The notes beneath the pieces are model-generated. The model did not search any database. It had not been told where the DNA came from and worked only from the letters and a program-made list of their open reading frames with translations. A DNA stretch of 64,000 nucleotides, taken from the NCBI GenBank assembly GCA_964642015.1, contig CAZXLF010000003.1:100204-164203 (forward strand), read 5' to 3'. Below are positions 11,957 through 22,357 of the stretch, piece by piece. The translations under genes and the position numbers were made by a program. The first letter of the stretch is position 1. Each line of letters begins with the position of its first letter. The stretch is from an uncultured Planctomycetia bacterium. Its GTDB lineage: Bacteria; Omnitrophota; Gorgyraeia; 2-02-FULL-51-18.

Positions 11957-12976
11957 ATGGCAAAAGCGATCATCATGGCGGGAGGCCAGGGGGAGCGTTT
12001 TTGGCCGATGACCCATTCCAAATTTCCGAAATATAGGATCCAATTCAATGGAAAAGATTCGTTGCTTCAAAAGACATACAAGCGCCTTCTTAAGGTCTAC
12101 AAAAAAGATTCTATTTATGTTGTAACAACAAGGCCTCACTTTGCGCTTATCAGGAAGGAATTGCCCGCGCTCCGCGTCAGCAACATATTGATCGAGCCAT
12201 TCCGCAACAATACCGCCGCCGCCATATTTCTTTCTTGTGAAATGATACAGAAAAAATTCGGCAACGAAGAGATCATTTCATTCTTTCCGGCCGATCATTT
12301 GATCGAAAATGAGAAAGAATTCAAAAAAACTATTCTATCGGCTATTCATTTGGCTGAAAAAAAAGAGTTCTTGGTGACCGTAGGTATAAAACCGACGTTT
12401 CCCGCAACAGGTTATGGCTATATTCAAAAAGGTGACTCGATCCAAGGTTTTGCCGACGCATTTAGAGTCAAACGGTTCGTAGAAAAACCGGATCGAAAAA
12501 AAGCGCTTTTTTATATCAAGAAGAGGATTTTTCTTTGGAATGCGGGGATGTTTACTTGGCGAGCGAAAGTTTTTTTTAATGCCATGAAAAAATTTTCACC
12601 GGAGTTCTCAAAAAATTACGACCCCAAATATCTCTCATCAAGCTATAAAAAACTGCCTAATCTGTCGATAGATTACGCGCTTCTGGAGAAAGCCGATTGC
12701 ATCGCGATATGCGAAACTCGCATGGACTGGTGCGATATGGGCAATTGGGATATGTTTTCAGAAAAACTGCCGCGTCGAACCGATAGAAATTTTTCTTACG
12801 GAGCAGCACACATGGCTGAAAGTTTGAACACGTTCCTTTTGAACCACACCGACGCGCCGGTGGTAACGCTCGGGGTCAAAGATCTTGTCGTGGTAAAAAC
12901 ACCTCTAGGTACCTTGATATGCAAAAAAGGCCGCGCGGAGGAGGCGGCGCTTTTATTTAAAAAGATCCGAGCATGA
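11957..12976 (+). CDS. manC: mannose-1-phosphate guanylyltransferase (no cupin domain)
   Basis: Start ATG 11957; IMAGGQGERFWP, EPFRNNTA, PADHLI, TGYGYI, FVEKP, SIDYALLEK. Confidence 0.88.
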   Translation: MAKAIIMAGGQGERFWPMTHSKFPKYRIQFNGKDSLLQKTYKRLLKVYKKDSIYVVTTRPHFALIRKELPALRVSNILIEPFRNNTAAAIFLSCEMIQKKFGNEEIISFFPADHLIENEKEFKKTILSAIHLAEKKEFLVTVGIKPTFPATGYGYIQKGDSIQGFADAFRVKRFVEKPDRKKALFYIKKRIFLWNAGMFTWRAKVFFNAMKKFSPEFSKNYDPKYLSSSYKKLPNLSIDYALLEKADCIAICETRMDWCDMGNWDMFSEKLPRRTDRNFSYGAAHMAESLNTFLLNHTDAPVVTLGVKDLVVVKTPLGTLICKKGRAEEAALLFKKIRA

Positions 12977-13392
12977 GGATCCTCGCGATCGATTATGGTC
13001 AAAAAAGGATCGGGCTTGCAGTATCAGACCCTTTGGGTATTACAGCGCAAGGTATTGAGACGCTTCAAAACTTGGGCAAAAAAAATTTTATCGCCTCGCT
13101 CATTAAATTGTGCAAAGAATATAATATAAAGGAGGTGGTGATCGGTCTCCCGGTTAACATGGATGGTAGCCATGGTCCCAAAGCCGCTGAAATCACGACT
13201 TTGGTTCCTTTGATCGAGCAAGAACTACGGCTACCTGTAAAAACTTGGGATGAACGGCTTACCAGCCGCGAGGCTGGACGTCTGATGATCGAAGAAGGGC
13301 TTTCGCGTAAAAAACAAAAAGAAAACAGCGACCGTTTGGCGGCTACTATGATCCTCCAGATGTTCCTAGAGTCACGGCGCAAAAATAAATAG
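12973..13392 (+). CDS. ruvX: YqgF/RuvX pre-16S rRNA nuclease
   Basis: LAIDYGQKRIGLAVSD, GLP, WDERLTS, DRLAA. Confidence 0.94.
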   Translation: MRILAIDYGQKRIGLAVSDPLGITAQGIETLQNLGKKNFIASLIKLCKEYNIKEVVIGLPVNMDGSHGPKAAEITTLVPLIEQELRLPVKTWDERLTSREAGRLMIEEGLSRKKQKENSDRLAATMILQMFLESRRKNK

Positions 13393-13401
13393 GGAATAAT
13401 A

Positions 13402-14682
13402 ATGAAGATTGAGCTATCCAAGCTTTCAAACGGCATCCGCGTCATATCTGTTCCGATGAAGGAAAGAGAGTCTGTATCGATAGGAATATGGGTTCATATC
13501 GGTGCGCGCGATGAAGAACAGAGGCTTAGCGGTGTATCCCATTTTTTAGAGCATCTTGTTTTTAAAGGCACTTCAAAGCTCACTGCCAATCAGATCAAAG
13601 AAGCGGTCGAAGGTGTCGGCGGCAGTCTGAACGCTTTTACTTCCGAAGAGTACACCTGTTTTTTGGCAAAATCCGCGAGCAGGCATTTGGACCAGGTGTT
13701 TGGAGTCCTGTCGGACATGGTGCTGAACGCTTCTCTGAGAGAAGAAGATATCAAAAAGGAACGCACGGTCATCATGGAAGAGATCAAGATGACGCAAGAC
13801 CAGCCCTCTCAGCTTGTTGATGAGCTTTTGACGGAACTCATGTGGCCCAAACATGCGCTTGGGCGGCCTATAGCTGGCTCAATAGAAACGGTGGGCGCGA
13901 TGACATTCAAAGACATCAAGGGCTATAGGGATAGGTATTACGAACCTTCGCTTATTACAATAGTCGTTGCCGGAGATATTAGGCATAGCAAGCTTTTGAA
14001 ACTGGCTAAAACCCATTTCAGTCTGACAAAGCCTGTCAAAAAAAAGGATGTACATTTATTTAGCGAGCATCAGGAAAAACCGCGTTTCAAAGTAATTTCA
14101 AAAGCTACCGAACAGACTCATCTTGCTTTGGGTGTACACGCGTTCCCAAAGCAGGATCCGGATGAATATCCGCTTGAAATCTTGAGCATCGTCTTGGGAG
14201 GGAACATGTCCTCCAGACTTTTTAATAAAGTAAGAGAGGATCGTGGACTGGCTTACGAGATTGGTTCTTATACGCGCAAATTCCATGAAACCGGCGCTTT
14301 CGGGATCTCAGCGGGTGTTGATAATAAAAAAGTTTCAGAGGCATTGAAAGTAATCGTTTCTGAGCTTGAGCTAATCGGCAAAGATCTGGTGAGACAGGAC
14401 GAACTTAAACGTGCCAAAGAATTTTACCTCGGCCAAATGTCTTTGGGACTCGAAAGTACTATGAATAATATGTTATGGGCCGGAGAATACATGGTTTGTT
14501 TGGGACGATACAAAACCCCTCAAGAAGTTGCGAAGAAAATAGAGAAGATCAGCGCAGAAGATCTGCAACGTGTGGCAAGAAAAATCTTTAAAGAATCGCG
14601 GTTTAGTCTGGCCATTGTGGGTCCTAATGCTAACGCATTGGAAAAAGACCATCGGAATCTCTTTCGGCCTCTAACTTCATAA
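13402..14682 (+). CDS. M16 family zinc peptidase
   Basis: Inverted zinc motif HFLEH, LNAFTS, SSRLFNKVREDRGLAY. Confidence 0.93.
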   Translation: MKIELSKLSNGIRVISVPMKERESVSIGIWVHIGARDEEQRLSGVSHFLEHLVFKGTSKLTANQIKEAVEGVGGSLNAFTSEEYTCFLAKSASRHLDQVFGVLSDMVLNASLREEDIKKERTVIMEEIKMTQDQPSQLVDELLTELMWPKHALGRPIAGSIETVGAMTFKDIKGYRDRYYEPSLITIVVAGDIRHSKLLKLAKTHFSLTKPVKKKDVHLFSEHQEKPRFKVISKATEQTHLALGVHAFPKQDPDEYPLEILSIVLGGNMSSRLFNKVREDRGLAYEIGSYTRKFHETGAFGISAGVDNKKVSEALKVIVSELELIGKDLVRQDELKRAKEFYLGQMSLGLESTMNNMLWAGEYMVCLGRYKTPQEVAKKIEKISAEDLQRVARKIFKESRFSLAIVGPNANALEKDHRNLFRPLTS

Positions 14683-14688
14683 CCCACC

Positions 14689-15429
14689 ATGCTTCGTTCA
14701 TTCCGGATCTTCCGCATCATCGGGATCGATATTCGCGTTCACCCGAGCTTTGTCCTGCTACCCACTTTTTTAGGTATTTATTACGGCTGGCAGGGCGGCC
14801 TGTCTGTCGGTCTTCGCGCTTTTGTGCTGGTTCTGGCTGTTTTTGCATGCGTCTTAGCGCATGAACTATGTCACAGTCTGGTGGCCAGGTCTTTTGGGGT
14901 CAATGTGCCCGCCATTACGCTTTATATGATGGGGGGTGTCGCCGGTATGCAGTATATCCCAAGAGAGCCGAAAAAAGAGTTTTTGATCTCGATCGCAGGG
15001 CCTCTTTTTAACTTTTCATTTGCAGTTGTTCTCTTTTTTCCGCTTTACTGGATCCTAGGGAAGGACCTTTTATTTGCGCCGGGTCTGGAGTCGTGGCCAC
15101 AAATGATCTCGAACGTTTTTTGGATAAACCCGGTTCTCGGCGCGTTCAATCTTATCCCGGCGTTTCCGATGGATGGAGGTAGAATCTTAAGGTCCGCTCT
15201 CGCTTCACGCATGAATTATCTTAAAGCGACTAGAATTTCTGTTTCTATCGGTAGGATTTTTGCTATAATATTTGTCTTTTCAGGCATTTATTATAAAACA
15301 TGGATGCTTCTTCTGATCGCCGCTTTTATCTATTTCGCGGCCTCCAGAGAAGAAAAGCAGGTGATTTATGAGGATTTCCTCAGGTCACTTCGAGACAAAG
15401 ACCAAAAAGCCGATGAACCGAAAAATTAA
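14689..15429 (+). CDS. M50 site-2 intramembrane protease (no CBS domains)
   Basis: HELCH, AGP, FNLIPAFPMDGGR; several hydrophobic segments. Confidence 0.92.
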   Translation: MLRSFRIFRIIGIDIRVHPSFVLLPTFLGIYYGWQGGLSVGLRAFVLVLAVFACVLAHELCHSLVARSFGVNVPAITLYMMGGVAGMQYIPREPKKEFLISIAGPLFNFSFAVVLFFPLYWILGKDLLFAPGLESWPQMISNVFWINPVLGAFNLIPAFPMDGGRILRSALASRMNYLKATRISVSIGRIFAIIFVFSGIYYKTWMLLLIAAFIYFAASREEKQVIYEDFLRSLRDKDQKADEPKN

Positions 15430-16060
15430 GATCGCCCCCTCACTTTTAGCGGCCGATTTTTCCAATCTTTCAGCGGAGATCGCCAAAGTCGAGAAAGCCG
15501 GCTGTGATATGCTTCACATCGATGTAATGGACGGGCATTTTGTGCCAAATTTGACCGTCGGCCCATTCATTGTTAAGGCGATCCGAAAAGTTACGGCGCT
15601 TCCGCTGGATGTGCACTTAATGATCGAGCGGCCTGAAAAATACATAGGCGACTTTGTTGACGCAGGAGCGGATCACATCACTTTTCACGCGGAAGCCTGC
15701 CACGGAAATCTTCATGAAGTGGTGGAGCTTGTGCATTCACACGCGATCACTTGCGGAGTTTCTCTCAAGCCCGCCACTCCCTTATCGCGGATCGAAGAAA
15801 GTCTTCCGAACGTCGATATGGTGCTTTTGATGACGGTGAATCCGGGTTTCGGCGGTCAGGCGTTCATGCCGGAAGTTCTTACCAAAATATCCGAACTTCG
15901 GGATCATTTTGACAGGGATATACAAGTAGACGGCGGAATCAATCAGGAAACATCCAAAAAGGCCGTATCTGCGGGAGCCAATGTGCTCGTCGCCGGCACG
16001 GCTATTTTCGGCAAATCAGACATCAAGCAGGCGATTGAGCTCTTAAGATGCCAACGATAA
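15413..16060 (+). CDS. rpe: ribulose-phosphate 3-epimerase
   Basis: Start ATG 15413; IAPSLL, HIDVMDGHFVPN, DVHLM, MTVNPGFGGQ, VDGGI. Confidence 0.97.
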   Translation: MNRKIKIAPSLLAADFSNLSAEIAKVEKAGCDMLHIDVMDGHFVPNLTVGPFIVKAIRKVTALPLDVHLMIERPEKYIGDFVDAGADHITFHAEACHGNLHEVVELVHSHAITCGVSLKPATPLSRIEESLPNVDMVLLMTVNPGFGGQAFMPEVLTKISELRDHFDRDIQVDGGINQETSKKAVSAGANVLVAGTAIFGKSDIKQAIELLRCQR

Positions 16061-17466
16061 AATTTGGTACAGATGGTTGGCGCGCCATCATGGGCAAAGA
16101 ATTTACTTTTCAAAATGTGGAGCTTGTCGCGCAAGCGTTTAGCGATTATTTGAAAACCGAATTTGCTAAAAAACCTTCGAATAAACCTCCTCGAGTGGCG
16201 GTGGGTTATGATTACAGAAAAGACTCCGAAAATTTCGCCAAAACGATAGCCGAAATTCTTATTGCAAACGGTATCCAAGTATCCTTGACCAGCGCGGCGT
16301 GCCCGACGCCGGCTGTAAGTTTTAAAATCGTGGATGAAAAATATGATTCGGGAATTGTAGTCACAGCAAGCCATAATCCGCCGGCATACAACGGCATAAA
16401 GATCAAAACGGATTTTGGAGGTTCGGCGGATAAGAATATCACCAATGGCGTCGAAAGTTTTATAGGGAAAAACCCTGTTCTCAAAAAACCATTCGAGCCG
16501 ATGAATCCGGAGCTTTCCGATTTTAACCAGAAATATTTGGAATTTTTAAAAAAATATGTGCGCTTGGACCTGATCCGAGAAGCGCCGTTCAAGATCCTTG
16601 TGGATTCCATGCATGGCGTTGGCGCCAAACGTATCGAAGATATGCTTACGGGCGGGAAGATCCGAGTAACGACGATCCGCAGCCAACGAGACATAACTTT
16701 CGCTGGTTTCAGTCCGGAACCGATACCGCACAACCTTGGGCCGTCCATTGAGCGGATGAAAAATAATGAATTTGATCTGGCCGTCGTGACGGATGGCGAC
16801 GCCGATCGAGTGGGCGCAGTCCGCCCGGGAGGAGAATTTATTTCCCCGGGCATTATCCTATCGCTGATCCTGATCCATTTTGTCGAAGATCTGAAAAAAA
16901 CAGGTAGCGTGGTAACGACAATATCTAATACAGCGCTTATCTACAAGGTCGCCAGAAAGTATGGACTGAAGGTGCATGAAACGCCGGTCGGCTTTAAATA
17001 TGTTTGCGAGATCATGCGCCGTGAGAATGTATTGATCGGCGGCGAGGAATCCGGAGGCATCGGATTTCAAAATTATCTTTATGAAAGGGACGGTCTCTTG
17101 TCCTCGCTTTTATTGGTCGAGATGATGGCCATGCGAAAGCAGACTTTCGAACAGATCCTCAGCGCTGTTGAAAAAGAATTCGGGAAACTTTATTATGTCC
17201 GAAATGATCTGAATTACCCCAACGAATTCAAAACGAAATTATTCGAAGTGCTGACGGATTACAATCCAAAAGAACTTTTAGGCCATGCCGTGAAAGAAAT
17301 TAAAAGAACCGATGGCGTCAAAATAATCTTGGATGATGAAAGCTGGCTTCTATTCCGTCTTTCAGGCACTGAGCCCATATTAAGAATATATTCCGAAGCA
17401 ACATCCCAAGCGTTGGCCGAAAATCTTGTCAGCCACGGCAAGGACTTCGCTTTCCAATTAACATGA
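16048..17466 (+). CDS. phosphoglucomutase/phosphomannomutase family protein
   Basis: FGTDGWR, TASHNP, DGDADR, GEESGG, RLSGTEP. Confidence 0.93.
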   Translation: MPTIKFGTDGWRAIMGKEFTFQNVELVAQAFSDYLKTEFAKKPSNKPPRVAVGYDYRKDSENFAKTIAEILIANGIQVSLTSAACPTPAVSFKIVDEKYDSGIVVTASHNPPAYNGIKIKTDFGGSADKNITNGVESFIGKNPVLKKPFEPMNPELSDFNQKYLEFLKKYVRLDLIREAPFKILVDSMHGVGAKRIEDMLTGGKIRVTTIRSQRDITFAGFSPEPIPHNLGPSIERMKNNEFDLAVVTDGDADRVGAVRPGGEFISPGIILSLILIHFVEDLKKTGSVVTTISNTALIYKVARKYGLKVHETPVGFKYVCEIMRRENVLIGGEESGGIGFQNYLYERDGLLSSLLLVEMMAMRKQTFEQILSAVEKEFGKLYYVRNDLNYPNEFKTKLFEVLTDYNPKELLGHAVKEIKRTDGVKIILDDESWLLFRLSGTEPILRIYSEATSQALAENLVSHGKDFAFQLT

Positions 17467-19259
17467 AGCAATTAAATATCCGTAATTTTTCCATCATCGC
17501 GCATATCGATCATGGAAAATCGACGCTTGCCGACCGAATTCTCGAATTTACCGGCGCCATTGACAGCCGCACTTTTCATAATCAACTTCTGGATGATATG
17601 GATCTCGAGCAAGAAAGGGGGATCACGATAAAGGCGAGCGCGGTCCGAATCCTTTATAAACAGAAAAGCGGCAAGCAATATACGCTGAATTTGATCGATA
17701 CGCCCGGTCACGTTGATTTTACTTATGAGGTTTCTAAAAGCTTGCGTGCATGCGAAGGGGCGCTTTTGCTTGTCGACGCGGGTCAGGGCGTTGAAGCTCA
17801 GACAGTGGCGAATCTTTACCTTGCCATTGAGCATAATCTCGAGATCATTCCGGTCATCAATAAGATAGATCTCAGTACTGCCGAGCCTGAGAAAGTAAAA
17901 AAGGAGATCCATAAGGTTCTAGGGATCAATGAAAAGGAGATTATTCTTGCCAGCGCCAAAATGGGCATAGGCATCGAAGAAATATTGGACCGCGTGGTCG
18001 AAAAAATTCCGCCGCCGGAAGGCGATCCGGACAAGCCGCTTCAGGCGCTGATATTTGACTCCAACTTTGACGTTTATCAAGGAGTGATCGTGTATGTTCG
18101 TATATTTAATGGCATGCTGCGCAAGGGCATGAAGATAAAAATGATGGGTAGCGGAAAGATGTTCGACATCTTAGAGGTCGGCTTTCTTGCTCCAAGACCC
18201 GTGCAGTGCGATTTTTTGTCAACAGGCGAAGTCGGCTACATCACTTGTAATATTCGTTCAGCCAAAGAAGTTGAAAATGGCGACACGATCACTGATGCGG
18301 ATAATCCTACGAATTCCGCACTTCCGGGATATAAGAAGGTCAGGCCTCTTGTTTTTGCCGGTATTTATCCTGTAAATTCCAAGGATTTTCAAGCATTGAA
18401 GGACGCAATGGAAAAGCTGCAGCTTAGCGATGCGTCGTTTATTTTTGAGGTCGAAAGCTCAGCATCCGTTGGTTTTGGTTTCCGGTGCGGTTTCCTAGGC
18501 TTGCTTCATATGGAAATCGTTCAGGAGCGTTTGGAGCGGGAATATGATCTCAATTTGGTGGTAACAACGCCAAGCGTTGTCTATAAGATCCGAAAAACCA
18601 ATGGGGAGCTTGTTGAAATAGAAAATCCATCGAAAATGCCGAACCCAAGTCATATCGCGGCCATTCTTGAGCCGTTTGTCGACGCGTCAGTTCTTACGCC
18701 TCCGTCGAGCATTGGCGCTATCCTTGATCTTTGTGAAACACGCCGAGGAGTTTATAAATCGACCGAATATATCAGTGATGATAGAGTAAAGATCATCTAT
18801 GAATTCCCTCTTTCGGAGATCATTGTTGATTTTTATGACCGAATCAAATCGATCACCAAAGGCTATGGCTCGCTGGACTATGAGCTAAAAGGTCACCGTG
18901 AAAGCGACCTTGTGAAGCTCGATATTTTGATCAACGGAGAAATATGCGATTCTTTCAGCTGTATCGTTCATCACGAAAAAGCGCAGCACAAAGGCCGCGT
19001 ACTTTGCGAAAAATTGAAAGAACTTATTCCGCGGCAGATGTTCGAAGTGGCCATTCAGGCTGCAATCGGAGGCAAGGTTATCGCTCGGGAAACAGTTAAA
19101 CCGCTGGGCAAGAACGTGACGAGTAAATGCTATGGTGGCGACATCACCAGAAAACGCAAGCTTTGGGAAAAGCAGAAAGAAGGTAAAAAAAGGATGAAGC
19201 AGTTTGGGAAGGTCGAGATCCCGCAAGAAGCGTTTTTGGCCGCACTAAAGGTTGAATGA
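17463..19259 (+). CDS. lepA: elongation factor 4
   Basis: [47 protein letters not shown]. Confidence 0.99.
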   Translation: MKQLNIRNFSIIAHIDHGKSTLADRILEFTGAIDSRTFHNQLLDDMDLEQERGITIKASAVRILYKQKSGKQYTLNLIDTPGHVDFTYEVSKSLRACEGALLLVDAGQGVEAQTVANLYLAIEHNLEIIPVINKIDLSTAEPEKVKKEIHKVLGINEKEIILASAKMGIGIEEILDRVVEKIPPPEGDPDKPLQALIFDSNFDVYQGVIVYVRIFNGMLRKGMKIKMMGSGKMFDILEVGFLAPRPVQCDFLSTGEVGYITCNIRSAKEVENGDTITDADNPTNSALPGYKKVRPLVFAGIYPVNSKDFQALKDAMEKLQLSDASFIFEVESSASVGFGFRCGFLGLLHMEIVQERLEREYDLNLVVTTPSVVYKIRKTNGELVEIENPSKMPNPSHIAAILEPFVDASVLTPPSSIGAILDLCETRRGVYKSTEYISDDRVKIIYEFPLSEIIVDFYDRIKSITKGYGSLDYELKGHRESDLVKLDILINGEICDSFSCIVHHEKAQHKGRVLCEKLKELIPRQMFEVAIQAAIGGKVIARETVKPLGKNVTSKCYGGDITRKRKLWEKQKEGKKRMKQFGKVEIPQEAFLAALKVE

Positions 19260-19924
19260 TGATGACCCGCGAGGATTGGAAAAGAGAGATCAAGGAATGG
19301 ACGCAATCAATTATTGTAGCCTTTATTATTACGCTTATTATCAGGAGTTTTGTAATCCAAGCGTTCAAGATACCTTCCGGTTCGATGCGGCCTACGTTAA
19401 TGGAAGGAGACAAGCTTTTTGTAAGTAAACTCTTATATAAACCGAAACGCGGAGACATTGTTGTTTTTAAGTATCCGTATCCGGAACCTATCATTTTTGC
19501 GGGAGAGAATATCCAAATCAGAAATCATCAGATCATCGTGAACGACCAAGTTGAGAACGATATCCCGTTCTACAAAAAATATTACTATCTTGTGGTTTTT
19601 CACTTCTTGGGTGATAGGGATTTTATTAAAAGGTTGGTCGCTTTTGAGGATGAAGTAGTCGAAATAAAAAACGGCAAGATTTATGTAGACGGAAAGCCGT
19701 TGGCCGACTCTACCACATTCGGAAAATTTTATTATTATAATCACGATCCCTACGGCGGTCCGGATGAAAAGATTCGGGTCCCAAAAAATTCTTACTATGT
19801 GCTGGGTGACAACAGTGCCAATTCGACTGATAGCCGCTTCTGGGGTTTTGTGCCTAAAGCCAATATGATTGGTAAAGCTGTATTTCGTTGGTGGCCTCCC
19901 AAAAAAATCGGGACTTTGAAATAA
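19256..19924 (+). CDS. lepB: signal peptidase I
   Basis: [10 protein letters not shown] (Ser), DFIKR (Lys), [14 protein letters not shown]; follows lepA. Confidence 0.95.
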   Translation: MMMTREDWKREIKEWTQSIIVAFIITLIIRSFVIQAFKIPSGSMRPTLMEGDKLFVSKLLYKPKRGDIVVFKYPYPEPIIFAGENIQIRNHQIIVNDQVENDIPFYKKYYYLVVFHFLGDRDFIKRLVAFEDEVVEIKNGKIYVDGKPLADSTTFGKFYYYNHDPYGGPDEKIRVPKNSYYVLGDNSANSTDSRFWGFVPKANMIGKAVFRWWPPKKIGTLK

Positions 19925-19927
19925 TTA

Positions 19928-20485
19928 GTGAATCTAGCGAATCGATTAACAGTTTTAAGGCTGGTCCTTGTACCCGTTTTCATAGCATCATTGCTCTATT
20001 ACTCGCCGGAAAGAAATTATCTATACTTCGTCGGCCTTATCGTATTTCTTCTTGCATGCCTAACTGATGGACTTGATGGCTATATAGCCAGGAAATATCA
20101 TCTAAAAACCATTCTTGGAAGTTATATTGATCCCATAGCGGATAAGCTGCTTCTCACCAGCGGTTTTTTATCATTGTCATTCATGGTTCATTTGCCTGAT
20201 TCCATGAAGATTCCTGCCTGGTTGACGATCCTTGTCATGGCGCGTGACGGCATGATATTGATCGGAGCTATAACTATATTTTTGATCACAGGTAAATTAA
20301 AGGCCGAACCGCTTTATATAGGAAAAATAACCACGGTCTTTCAGATGTCCTCGCTGTTTTCGGCGCTTGTATCAGCTCCAGCGCAGATCAAGATATTCAT
20401 ATTTGTGTGCACCAGTTTTTTTACTTTGGCCTCAGGCGTCCAATATGTACGCATGGGAGGAAAAATGCTAGAGGCAACAACTTGA
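19928..20485 (+). CDS. pgsA: CDP-diacylglycerol--glycerol-3-phosphate 3-phosphatidyltransferase
   Basis: ANRLTVLR, TDGLDGYIAR...GSYIDPIADK CDP-alcohol phosphotransferase motif. Confidence 0.85.
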   Translation: MNLANRLTVLRLVLVPVFIASLLYYSPERNYLYFVGLIVFLLACLTDGLDGYIARKYHLKTILGSYIDPIADKLLLTSGFLSLSFMVHLPDSMKIPAWLTILVMARDGMILIGAITIFLITGKLKAEPLYIGKITTVFQMSSLFSALVSAPAQIKIFIFVCTSFFTLASGVQYVRMGGKMLEATT

Positions 20486-21111
20486 TGGCGGGACAGGTTT
20501 TTCAGATCGTTCTATTTTGGTTCGTTGCGTTCTTGTCCGGATCTATTCCGACGGCATATATTGCCGGAAAGCTCTCCAGAGGGATCGATATAAGATCTTT
20601 TGGCAGCGGAAATGTTGGCGCGACAAATGCTTTCCGGGTTTTCGGCAAAAAAGTCGGCGCAATTGTTTTTATTGTAGATTTCTTAAAAGGATTCCTGCCT
20701 GTATTTATCTTGCCTCTTTTTCTGCCGGCCAAGAACTTGGATGTTCATGAAGCGGGGTTGTGGGTAGGCACTGGGTGCATTCTAGGCCATGTGTTCTCAC
20801 CGTTTCTAGGTCTTAAAGGCGGAAAGGGGATTGCGACTGGCGGGGGAGTCTTGTGCGGTTCTTTTCCTTTTATTTTTCTTTTTGTGATCGGCTCCTGGGT
20901 TATTGTCTTCATCATAACCAGGATCGTCTCGATTAGTTCGTTAGTCGCTCTTTTGGTTCTAATTGTTACCAGTATTGTTTTTGGTTTAAAAACCCCCGTT
21001 ATTGTTCTCATATCCATCATAGTGCTCTTCCTTGTTTGGACTCACCGATCTAATATTTCGCGTTTAACCCAAGGTAAAGAAAGTAAGATAGTTAGTAAAC
21101 ATAATATTTAG
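20485..21111 (+). CDS. plsY: glycerol-3-phosphate acyltransferase PlsY
   Basis: Start ATG 20485; GSIP, GSGNVGATN, DFLKG, GGKGIAT, HRSNISRL. Confidence 0.95.
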   Translation: MAGQVFQIVLFWFVAFLSGSIPTAYIAGKLSRGIDIRSFGSGNVGATNAFRVFGKKVGAIVFIVDFLKGFLPVFILPLFLPAKNLDVHEAGLWVGTGCILGHVFSPFLGLKGGKGIATGGGVLCGSFPFIFLFVIGSWVIVFIITRIVSISSLVALLVLIVTSIVFGLKTPVIVLISIIVLFLVWTHRSNISRLTQGKESKIVSKHNI

Positions 21112-21146
21112 TTATACCTTGTATAACTGCTAAATTTAGGTATACT
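21110..21146 (+). promoter_or_regulatory. putative sigma70 promoter with overlapping 8-bp inverted repeat (possible operator)
   Basis: AGTTATAC-CTT-GTATAACT at 21110-21128 overlapping TTGTAT(-35), 16 bp, TATACT(-10) at 21141-21146. Confidence 0.45.
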
Positions 21147-21222
21147 TTAAATATAGATTGTTATTTTTTTAGACCCCTTATTTAAATTATTTAATATGTA
21201 ATATTGGAATAGAGGATAGCTA

Positions 21223-21876
21223 ATGTTACAAAGGCGCGTGTCTGATTATAGACAGATGTACTTAAGAGAGAGGAATACGCTGGAAAACTCCTATCTAGCC
21301 ACCATAAACTCTCTCGCATATGCCATAGAATCCAGGGATGCTTACACAAGGGGTCATTCAGAAAGAGTCGCCATGTATTCAGTTTGGCTTGGAGAAAAAT
21401 TAGGGTTAACCAAAAGACGTCTCCGCATGATGCAGCATTGTTGCAGGTTGCACGATGTCGGAAAAATTGGCATTCCGGATAGAATCTTGTTAAAACCGGG
21501 TCGTCTTACTCTGGAAGAAAGGGCGCAAGTCGAATTTCACCCTGTTTACGGAGTTGAAATATTAGCTGGACTCAAATTTATCGTGAAAGGATTACCACAG
21601 ATACTGCATCACCATGAACGCTATGACGGCAAAGGATATCCTTACGGCTTGAAAAAAGATCGCATTCCATTGGATGTGAGAATCATCAGCGTGGCCGATG
21701 CGTTCGATGCGATGACTTCAGATCGGCCTTATCGAAAAGCCTTGAAAACACCCGAAGTGATAGCGGAATTTAAACGTAATTCAGGGACTCAATTCGACCC
21801 ATTGATCGTGAAACTTTTGATCAAGCTGATCGATATGTCCAATCCTAGGATAACACCTATCGCAAAGGCAGCTTGA
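21223..21876 (+). CDS. stand-alone HD-GYP domain protein (cyclic dinucleotide phosphodiesterase)
   Basis: YTRGHSERV, LHDVGKIG, HHHERYDGKGYP, VADAFDAMTSDRPYR, GTQFDP; GAGGA RBS. Confidence 0.93.
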   Translation: MLQRRVSDYRQMYLRERNTLENSYLATINSLAYAIESRDAYTRGHSERVAMYSVWLGEKLGLTKRRLRMMQHCCRLHDVGKIGIPDRILLKPGRLTLEERAQVEFHPVYGVEILAGLKFIVKGLPQILHHHERYDGKGYPYGLKKDRIPLDVRIISVADAFDAMTSDRPYRKALKTPEVIAEFKRNSGTQFDPLIVKLLIKLIDMSNPRITPIAKAA

Positions 21877-21879
21877 TCC

Positions 21880-22260
21880 ATGAGAGAAATATTCATTAAG
21901 ACCAAAACATCCGAAAACCATAAACGAAAAAATCTTTCGATTATCGAAGTGATCAACCAAGAAGGGTTTGTTGCCAGAGCAGAGAAAAAATACTCTTACT
22001 ATGTTTCTGAGCAAAATCCTGCCAGTGATAAAGAGCAGCTGAAGGACTGGGTCAGCCTGCACTCTCAGGAATATCAAAAAAAAGACCGTCACGTATCTAT
22101 TCGAAAAACTTTTGACCAGAAAACCGGACTCGGACAAATGGTTTACCGGGTGATAGGGAGCTTTTATGTGGTGCAGAACCTGCATATTTTTGCGGTTGTA
22201 TTCATGCACAGCATTAAATTCGATATGCTGACAAGCCAATTGCCCAATAAGAAGTTCTAA
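21880..22260 (+). CDS. hypothetical protein
   Basis: 126-aa ORF starting 3 nt after the HD-GYP stop; no recognised motif. Confidence 0.6.
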   Translation: MREIFIKTKTSENHKRKNLSIIEVINQEGFVARAEKKYSYYVSEQNPASDKEQLKDWVSLHSQEYQKKDRHVSIRKTFDQKTGLGQMVYRVIGSFYVVQNLHIFAVVFMHSIKFDMLTSQLPNKKF

Positions 22261-22286
22261 TTTCTACCCCCAATATCATAATTTAA

Positions 22287-22315
22287 TTGACCATTCCTAA
22301 GCACTTTGCTATACT
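22287..22315 (+). promoter_or_regulatory. sigma70-type promoter upstream of gpsA
   Basis: TTGACC-17bp-TATACT with extended -10 TG. Confidence 0.6.
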
Positions 22316-22357
22316 TCCTGTTCTAAATTCAATTGACAAATAAATTCTTAACTCCAT

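Noticed and set aside
14689-15429. Site-2 protease lacking CBS domains next to an M16 peptidase
   Set aside because: Short M50 forms are common and there is no evidence of a dedicated system.
16212-16853. 213-aa minus-strand ORF inside the phosphomannomutase gene, and many similar antisense ORFs (e.g. 891-1442, 40660-41346, 57152-57733)
   Set aside because: Fully overlap well-supported + strand genes and show shadow-frame composition.
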